Part shown: positions 56,721-64,000 of the stretch, piece by piece
Layout of the letters: each line of letters starts with the position of its first letter
Position numbering within the stretch: the stretch's first letter is position 1
Source of the DNA: Caecitellus pseudoparvulus
Taxonomy: Eukaryota > Protista > Bigyra: Bicosoecida
DNA: 64,000 bases
Assembly (NCBI GenBank): GCA_965644315.1
Contig: CBFFRQ010000066.1
Coordinates: forward strand, 372,001 to 436,000
Reading direction: 5' to 3'
Notes under the pieces: generated by a model
Told to the model about the DNA's origin: nothing
Seen by the model: the letters and a program-made list of their open reading frames with translations, nothing else
Databases searched by the model: none
Position numbers and translations under genes: made by a program

Positions 56721-58306
56721 TCAAAACGCCAGGCCAGCTGTGAAGCCACCGTACACGTCATCATCAGCTGGATGTGCCCCTCCAGCCTTGCGTTGAGAGA
56801 GCCCAGCCGGCGGGGTGTTGGCCTGTGGCACGGTGGTCACAGGTGACACGTGGTCTGCAGCTGGCGCTGCCAGCGGTGGTGGCGTCGGGGCGGCAGCCTT
56901 GGGGCTTGGCGGGGGGGTGGGGCCTGGGGAGCCGCCTGTCCCAGAGCCAGACATGGCCGGCGCTGGGCTCTGGGCCCCACCCTCCCCACTGCTTCCGTCC
57001 GCCGCCAGGCCACTGGCCAGCAAACCTGCCATCGCCACTAGCTTGCCCACGAGAGACTTCCCGCAGCGCATGGGCGCCGCAGAGGAAGGTGGCGCTGCCC
57101 CTGGCTCCCCGTACACCAGCGTCAGCAGCAGCTGCAGCAGCCCCAGCAAGTTCGGCAGGGTGACACTGAGCAGGAGGTTCGTGTCCACCGCCACTGCCCC
57201 CAGCCCCAGCAGCGGCAGGCGCACGCCGAACATGTGCGCCTCCCAGAACCCCGCTATGATATCGATTTTCCGCAGGCACAGCGCCTGCGCCACCATCTCA
57301 GTGGAGGAGTAGGAAGCGAACACACCTGCCAGGCGCACTTGGGCCAGGCGAAGGCCCTCCACTGCCCCCGTCACGGCGTCATTCAGCAGCTTGGCGCGGT
57401 ACAGGAGGAGCAGGAACATGCAGTTCAGAACAAAGGCCAGAGCAGCCACGGGCCCATTCTGTGTCACGTACGCTGCCGCCAGCAACAGAAGGTACACGGT
57501 CAAGAAGCCGCTGAGCCACAGCTCGTCCACGGCGTGCACGCGCACTGACAAGCCGAACCAGCCAGTGGACACCGTCTGTGGAGGGGCAGGGAAGGTCCCG
57601 CCATCCTCAGCACTCTCGTCCAAGGTGGCCTGTGGATGAGGTGGCTGCTGAGTCGACGGCGCGGCGGCTGTGGTTTGTGGGTCGTTCGACTCGCCCCGCC
57701 ACCGGCGCCGGCGGCTTTCGAGTTCCGAGTGGAACTTGTCAAACTTGCCGCCTTTTGCCGCTTTTTGGGGCTGGCGGGTGTCCCTGCGCTCCTTGCGCTG
57801 CTTCCCCCGACCGCTGCCGTCGTGAGCTGGCTCGCGGTCTTTGGGCGGCTCCTCAGGTTCGCCGCCCGCGTCGCTCACGCCCTCCAACACGGACTCCCCA
57901 GGAGACAAGACCATGTCGTCGCCTTTCAGGGCCTCGAAGATTCCAGTGCCGCTCGCGATGCGGGCTTGCAGGCGCTGGAAGCCTGCGTGCCACTGCAGCA
58001 GACTCTCCTCACTGCGTTTGTAGTCTCGCCACTTGTCACCTTGGCGCGGAATGAACAGGCTGTAGTTCCCCCGGAAGTCCGTCACAGCACCCGTCATCTC
58101 ATCCATAGAAGCCAGCAAGGTCACTGCAAGCGGGCCGGGTGCAGCGTCGTTGCGAGGGGCCGCAGAGAAGGCGCAAGACGCGAGCGGAAATTGTTTCCCC
58201 AACTCGCCCCTCCGAACGCACCGTACGGCGTGAACAGCACCGGAATGCCGAACGCCACGACTGCAACCACAATGGTTGCAAGGGTATTCACCGTCACAAG
58301 CACCAT
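56721..58306 (-). CDS. Multi-pass membrane protein, possibly a 7TM ion channel/gustatory-receptor-like fragment; intron 58221-58124; 5' end uncertain (may extend to ~58522)
   Basis: A GTGCGT...TTGCAG intron joins hydrophobic VLVTVNTLATIVVAVVAFGIPVLFTPY to VTLLASMDEM in frame. Further hydrophobic segments are LWLSGFLTVYLLLLAAAYV, VAALAFVLNCMFLLLLY and LLLSVTLPNLLGLLQLLLTLVY. Confidence 0.6.
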
Positions 58307-58734
58307 GCTTGGCACAGCTGCTAACCCTGACCCCCAACACCAGCACCTTCGACGTCTGACGTTTCGCTGGCTTTCGTGCCGTAATGCGCCCGGCGCAAGG
58401 CGCGTCAAAAAGGCACTTCTCCTGAGGCCTGCAGTGCAGGCATGCAATACAGGGGTGCAGAGTCATGGGTTTGTACGGTGAATACAATCTTGTGTGTTTT
58501 CTGCGAATGCCCGGAGCAGCATGCTATCAAACTGCTTGAGGGATTCTCCGACTTTCCTTGTAGATTCGTTGTTCAAACTCTCAGTGCTGTCCTGTGCACA
58601 CCTGTCTGCTCAATATTTTATCTCTTCCCAATATTGAAGCACTTCAACACTCAATCTTTGCACGCTCTGCCCCCCTTTACAAACACAGTCCTTCCCCTGC
58701 AGGCACACGCACGTGGCTTTGCTGCGCATCCAGC

Positions 58735-60010
58735 ATGCTTGGTGCCACCATCACATGCGTCAGGCGGCGACTGGGCGTGCCGGCCCTGGTCAGGCCTGGC
58801 CTCGGACCCTTGAGAGCATGCTCCTCTGCACCACGTAAGGCTATGAATATGCCTCATCCTGTGCTGCGCCCCGAGTCCCACACGCACAGCACGCCCTCGC
58901 CCTGCGCAGTGCTTGGCCGGGCGTTGCAGGAGGAGCAACGCGGGCCCTTCACGCTCACCAAGGCTGAGACTGGCAAGGGAAAGCCCGTCGTTGTGATGTT
59001 CGGCTGGACTGGTTCTCGAGACAAGGCCTTTGCAGCGTACGCACGCAAGGTGTGGAACGAGGCCGCTGGCTTCCACACTCTGCGTGGGATCGCCCCACAC
59101 TGGTACGTTTGTGCCGCAGAGGGAGCACTGTGGAGCCTGTGCACAGCTCTTTGGCACCCTTGCACAGGGATTTCCTCCTGCGCCCAGCAGAGCTCACGCG
59201 CTTCGCCATGGACGCCTTTCAGACTGTGCAGGTGCGGCGCGTGCGCATGGACGTGGCGATCGATTTCCGCTGCTGCACACGGTCCCCGTCCGCCGCTGTG
59301 CTCGTCAGGAGGAATTTGGCGAGGACCAAGCTGTCATTGTGCATTGCTTCTCGAACGGGGGCACCTTTGTGCTGGCAGAGCACCTTCGCAAGTGGGAGGC
59401 GGGTCAGGCCACCAGCCTTCGACCCAGCAACATCGCCGGCCTGGTGTTTGACTCGGCTCCCGCCTACCTGCACGTGCGTTCGGGAGCCCGCGCAGTGACA
59501 GAGAGTCTCCCGCCTGGACTGGGCCGCAGCCTGCTGCGTGGCGCTGCGTATGCCGGTTTGCACGCGTGGAACGCCTTGGCTGGGGACCGTGGTGCCATCG
59601 GTTTCTGGCGCACCATGCAGAGCATGCCAGGCGCAGCCCCTGAGCTGTACGTGTACTCCCAGGACGACGCCATCACGGAGGCGTCCGACCTGGAGGCGCT
59701 GGTGTCTCACAGAGAGGCCCAGGGTGTGGACGTGCACAGCCTGGTGCTGCAGTCTTCCCCACACGTATCCCACCTGCGCAGTGCGCCTCACGCGTACGCC
59801 ACCGCCTGCGCAGAGTGGGGGGCGTATGCAGCCCACAAGCACCATGGGCATGGCAGTGGTGGGGAGGAGGAGGACGAGGCGCCATTCTCCCTGGGCAGCA
59901 ACGGGCCCTTTCTCGCTGCCGCGGCGGGTGACGGTATGGACCCGGCAGGGGCTGGCGAGGGGGTGCGTGAGGGGGCTGTGGCGGGCGATAGGCATGTGCT
60001 GCTGCGGTGA
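58735..60010 (+). CDS. TMEM53: TMEM53/DUF829-family alpha/beta hydrolase-like protein, possible mitochondrial presequence; exons 58735-58834, 58910-59102, 59168-59231, 59309-60010
   Basis: Motifs PVVVMFGW.G, HCFSNGG, VFDSAP, LYVYSQDD and SPHVSHLR. The N-terminus is Arg-rich and free of acidic residues. Three GT-AG introns keep the frame. Confidence 0.85.
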
Positions 60011-60279
60011 GCGCACGCAGGGCTCAAAGAGGCGACAGCTCACCGTTTCGGAGCCACTGCGCAGTTGCAGTGGTGCGCAATGCATGGTTCGTGTCAGCGT
60101 TGAGCAGTGTGCGGAGAGCGGCGTGCGTGCAGCAGTGCCCGCCCGAGAGCAAACCATTCACCCCAACGACCGTGCACCCAACATCAACCTCCCTCATCGA
60201 CACCAGAAGCCACCCCTCCTCCGTTGGATTTACACAGGCCAGTGCTCTGCGCAGCTGCAACCTGGGCGACAGAGCTGGC

Positions 60280-60738
60280 ATGGCAGCCTCGGCAGCAGCT
60301 CACACGTGGGCTGCCCTTGCAGGCACGGCGCCCAGCACGCAGCAGGTTCGCGAAGCCATTGCAGCGGAGTCCATTGCCATGCGTTCGGATTCCAGGCTTC
60401 CGACGCTCCCAGCCCTTCCAGAGACGCGCTGGGAGTGCGCTCTGCGGTGGAGCCTGCCGCGTCTGCCTCCAAAATCCGCAAGCAGCGAAGCAGCAGCGTC
60501 GGAGGCTGCGAGCAGCAGCAGCAGCAGCGAGGAGGAGGACGAGGGTGCGGCATCGGCGACAGAGGTGTCAGGCAGCACGGCGGCATACCAGCGGCAGCTC
60601 CTCGCAATCACTGCGCGGCGCGAGGCCAGCGCTGCCGCCTTCAACGCCAGCCTGGCGCAAGCCCAACGGCAGCGCCGGGCACAGCAGCTACGCATGGCCC
60701 AGGCTGCTGCAAGCTCGGCAACAAGCCCAGTGCATTGA
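60280..60738 (+). CDS. Hypothetical protein (~152 aa) with acidic tract and C-terminal helical/coiled segment
   Basis: GGCATGG start, Ala-rich coding style like neighbouring genes, fills the gap between TMEM53 and the next gene. No recognised domain. Confidence 0.5.
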   Translation: MAASAAAHTWAALAGTAPSTQQVREAIAAESIAMRSDSRLPTLPALPETRWECALRWSLPRLPPKSASSEAAASEAASSSSSSEEEDEGAASATEVSGSTAAYQRQLLAITARREASAAAFNASLAQAQRQRRAQQLRMAQAAASSATSPVH

Positions 60739-60742
60739 AGCC

Positions 60743-63276
60743 TCAAGCGCTGCCCAGCGTCTTTTCTTCCAGCCAGCGCATGGCAGTCACCAGTCCGCGC
60801 CCTGACGCTGCCGAAGTGTGCACGATGCGGCTGTGCGCCAGCAAGCCAGCCTCCTGCAACGCAGCAAGACGCAGGCTCTCGCTCGCCTGGGCGGCAGTCA
60901 CCTTGGGGCCGTACGTGTCCGCCTTGTTCAGCAGCACTGCCACTGCCGGGGGCGCCTGTCCGCCCTCCTTCAGTCGCGCCAGCGTGGCCCGAAGCTGCCT
61001 GGCAGCCGCCGGCAACTGACCCTCGCCTCGTCCCCGCCGGGCATCCAGTATGAAGGCCACTGCCACCGCCGACCACCCAGCGTGCTTGCCAACCGCAGCA
61101 GCGGCGGCCTGCGCACTCTGCTCGCCATCCTGCTCCCTGCACCCCCCCACATCCACCACCTGCCACGCCACAGAGGGCGTGTTGTGCACCTGCCCAGGAC
61201 TGCTGCTGTAGCCGGCCGCACCAGGCTCTTCCACCGCCCCAACCAGGCTCCTCGTCACGCTGCTGCTGCCCGCCTTGTGTGGGCCCAGCACCACCAGGCC
61301 GGCCTCCACCTCCTCCCCACCTGGGCTGGCCGATGGGGCTGCACCCTCGACCGCCGCTGCACCTCCTAGCACTGCGCTGAGCAACAGCCCCCGCAAATCC
61401 AGCGCCAGCAGCACCTCCCGCGTCTGCACGCCCACTCGCGTCAGCGCCTCGCAGTTGTGCAGCACATCCCGCCACAACTGCCGCTGGGCAGGGCCCAGGT
61501 CCGCTCTCAAGCTGCCCACACCCGCTGTGGCCAGTGACGCTCGACACGCCACGGAGGCAAGCAGGGGCGGCAGTACATCCAGAACGCCCTCATCGGCACC
61601 GCCTTTGCGCAGGAAGCGCAGCAGGCTGGCCATGTCCGGCACGTCGAAGGTCAGGGTTTCCTCCTGCCACGCAGACACCACCTGCAGCAGGCGCGCGAGC
61701 TTCTTCGCAGAAAAGAAACCACCGCCACCCCGCCCTTCCTCCTCCTCCTCCTCATCGAAATCCTGCGCTGCACCTGGCCCGTCGGGCATGCCTGCCTGGC
61801 TGCGCAGCAGTGCCCGGGCGGCCGCAGCAGCCCGGACCAGGGCTTGGCGGTCCAGGTCCACACACGCCTCCAGTGCGAAGGAGAGGGGGGCGGTGTCCAG
61901 GCCCTGCCCAGAGCGCAGGAAGGCACTGCCGTCCTCAAAGGCAGCCAGCTCGGCAGGGGAGAAGGCGTCCGTGCCATGCAGGCCCAGCAGCTGCTCCAGG
62001 GAGTGGTTCACGCCCAGAGTCAACCCGGCGAACTTGAGGACACTGGTGGTGTGGTTGGCGGCACCGGCCTCACCCCCCCCTGGCGCAGCCAGCGCCTTGC
62101 ACACGCTGGCAAGTGGGTCCTGTGTAAAGAACGCTTTGAGGAGGATGATCTTGCCGCTGTGTGGCTCTGGGCCAGTGGACAGCGGCCCTGCCCACTCCGC
62201 CTTGCGCAGGGGCGGAAAAACCTCCTGCACCACGGTGACCAAGTCACGCGACGCGGCGTTCAGGCGCTGCACGAGGCTCTGCACCTCCTGCACATCGGCG
62301 CCCTGCCGCAGCGAAAAGGCGAGGAACAGGCCGGCCTTGTCTGTTCCCACCTGGCCGCCCAGCTCCTTGAGTGCTGCGGAATCTGACGGGCTCAAACTCA
62401 GGTGCCCCGCCAGTGGCGGTGACGCCTCCGTGTCACCACTGCTACCCCCCACCGCCACACGCCAATGCAGACGGTTCACACCGGGAGGACCGGCATCGAG
62501 TCCGGCCCCCTGCTCGCGGGCCAGGGATCGCAGGCGCTTGGCGTTGCGAGTCACCAGCCGCGTTGTGAGCTTCATGCGTAGGTTGGCTGCGGCCTGGGAA
62601 GGCGCCTGGCCTCGCCCGCCAGGGACAGAAAACCTGCACAGTAGCGGGCGAAGTGATGCAGCACGCGTGGGCCCTGTGCAGCTGTGGCGCGGGCGCACCA
62701 TGCCATGAACTCCTCAAAGTCAATCGCGCCAGAGCCATCAGCCTGCGCAGGGCAGAGGTGTGGCACGCCTGTGCATTGCAAGGCGGGTTGCCCACAGTGC
62801 AGGGGCAAGTCTCACATCCAGCTCTTGAAAGGCTTCCTCCACCTGCACTCGAGGGACGGAGCGCGACGTGTGCAGCGCCGGTGCGTGGTCTGCTGGCTGG
62901 CCTGTCGCGGTGCGACCCTCACCTCGTCATCGCTCATGATGCACCCGAGAGCAAAGACGAGGTCTTGTAGCTCAGACCGGTCGATTCTGCGCCAAACGAG
63001 GAATTCACAGCAGGAGTTGGCCATGGTTTGCCGCCTTCACAGCGTTCATGTCAGTTTGCGCTGGCCGGTGCAGGAGGTGCAAAGCTGGCCTTTGGTGGGC
63101 ACGCTGCCTGCGCCCTGGCTGCCAAGCCCGCTCACGCACGTGCCAGATGCATCCACGTCGAATTCACGGAACACTCGCCGCACGGCAGCTGCGCTCAGAG
63201 GCTTCTGCCCGGGCCCCGTATGCGTAGCGTGTTGCGCTGGCGTGGTGGCCTGCTCCCGCAGCGAGGCGGAGGCCAT
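60743..63276 (-). CDS. EF-hand pair plus central domain plus degenerate Arf/Arl-like GTPase domain; exons 63276-63140, 62986-62923, 62842-62816, 62742-62699, 62633-60743
   Basis: Spliced EF loops DVDASGTIDRSE and DADGSGAIDFEE. C-terminal VVLGPHKAGSSS, DVGG, FILDA, LLNKAD and TSAASGRGL..AMRWL. Four GT-AG introns keep the frame. Confidence 0.8.
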
Positions 63277-63554
63277 GGTGGTCCGGGGAGCTGCGGCAAG
63301 CGTCTCGCCGGACTGGCGTGCCTGGGGTTGACAGCGGTGCAGCGTTGTCGCGTCGGGTGGTGGGGTTTGTCAGCCGTTGGCCGACGTCGTCGCTGGAGAG
63401 GCGGCGCGGCAGAGCACCGCTGGGGCCAATTTCACACTCCCGGCGAAACCCTGCCGTGACCACCACGTGTCGTACCACTCGCCCACTTACGCACTGCTAC
63501 AGAAGTGCGCCAAGCCAGCGCTGGGGCTGCGGTGCTAGGCTCGAGGGGGGCGGC

Positions 63555-64000
63555 ATGCAGGAGGCTGACTGGGCGCCGGCCGGCGTGCAGAGCGTGGACA
63601 GCGTCGTGGCAGAGGAGGGCCATGGGCCAGGGCAGGAGCTTGACGTGTCTGCGACAGTGGACAGCATCCTGGCGTCGCTGGGCGGGGCGCAGGCGCGGCT
63701 GGGCAGCGGCCACGTGCCAGCCGTTGTCCAGGGCGAGCTGGGGACCAGGTCAACACCCCAGCAGGCGCCAGGGACAAGCCCACCACGGCACGCACCCGAG
63801 GCAGCATGGAAGACAACGTCGCCACAGACCAGCGGAGGACTTGGCGCGCGCCATCGCAGCTGGGAGGCGAGTGCGGCGCCAGCGTCGAGGGGTGCAATTT
63901 CCGCAGGCTCCGGCAGCCGCCCACTGCTGCCTGCCGCCTCTGGCGGCCCTGGCGCAGCTGCTGAGGTAGCCGTGCTCCAGCGACAGCTGCGTGAGGTGGA
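63555..64000 (+). CDS. 5' part of an unknown protein, possibly coiled-coil; runs off the window
   Basis: ATG at 63555 opens a stop-free frame MQEADWAPAG...AAEVAVLQRQLREV to the window end, divergent from the EF-hand gene. Confidence 0.5.
   Translation, partial: MQEADWAPAGVQSVDSVVAEEGHGPGQELDVSATVDSILASLGGAQARLGSGHVPAVVQGELGTRSTPQQAPGTSPPRHAPEAAWKTTSPQTSGGLGARHRSWEASAAPASRGAISAGSGSRPLLPAASGGPGAAAEVAVLQRQLREV

Noticed and set aside
60300-62708. Overlapping long ORFs 60300-61547 (-) and 61275-62708 (+)
   Set aside because: These are alternative or antisense frames of the EF-hand/Arf-like gene and have no motifs.

Overview
Gene-dense, GC-rich eukaryotic (protist) DNA with short (about 55-155 nt) spliceosomal introns and very short intergenic spacers. 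A heterotrophic stramenopile-like lineage is plausible but is inference only. There are no rRNA, tRNA, CRISPR or recognisable transposase sequences. The first 22.3 kb is one intronless ORF, open past the left edge (>7,431 aa). It encodes a giant type I membrane protein: helical N-terminus, about 30 FN3-like repeats, FG-GAP-like repeats, a GPS/GAIN-like CHL|TQF motif, about 5 PKD-like domains and one TM helix. It is followed by UBE2K/UBC1-type E2-UBA (14-nt microexon), a CREST/TMEM8-like membrane hydrolase, a PB1-MAPKKK-WD40 kinase, a combinatorially shuffled 38-aa ankyrin array, COMMD4 (ATG-only exon, GC-AG intron), a Tpt1/KptA-ERI1 DEDDh exonuclease fusion, an RCC1-propeller/mucin/multi-TM receptor-like protein, a giant TBC RabGAP, a Patched/NPC1-like RND protein, a second ankyrin-family member, a possible 7TM-ion-channel-like membrane protein, TMEM53/DUF829, an EF-hand plus degenerate Arf-like GTPase fusion, and a partial gene at the right edge. 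The most notable items are the Tpt1-ERI1 fusion, the giant potentially self-cleaving surface protein, the DARPin-like shuffled ankyrin family and the EF-hand-pseudo-Arf protein. Exon models were read by hand from splice sites and reading frames. Domain calls come from motif recognition, not database searches.
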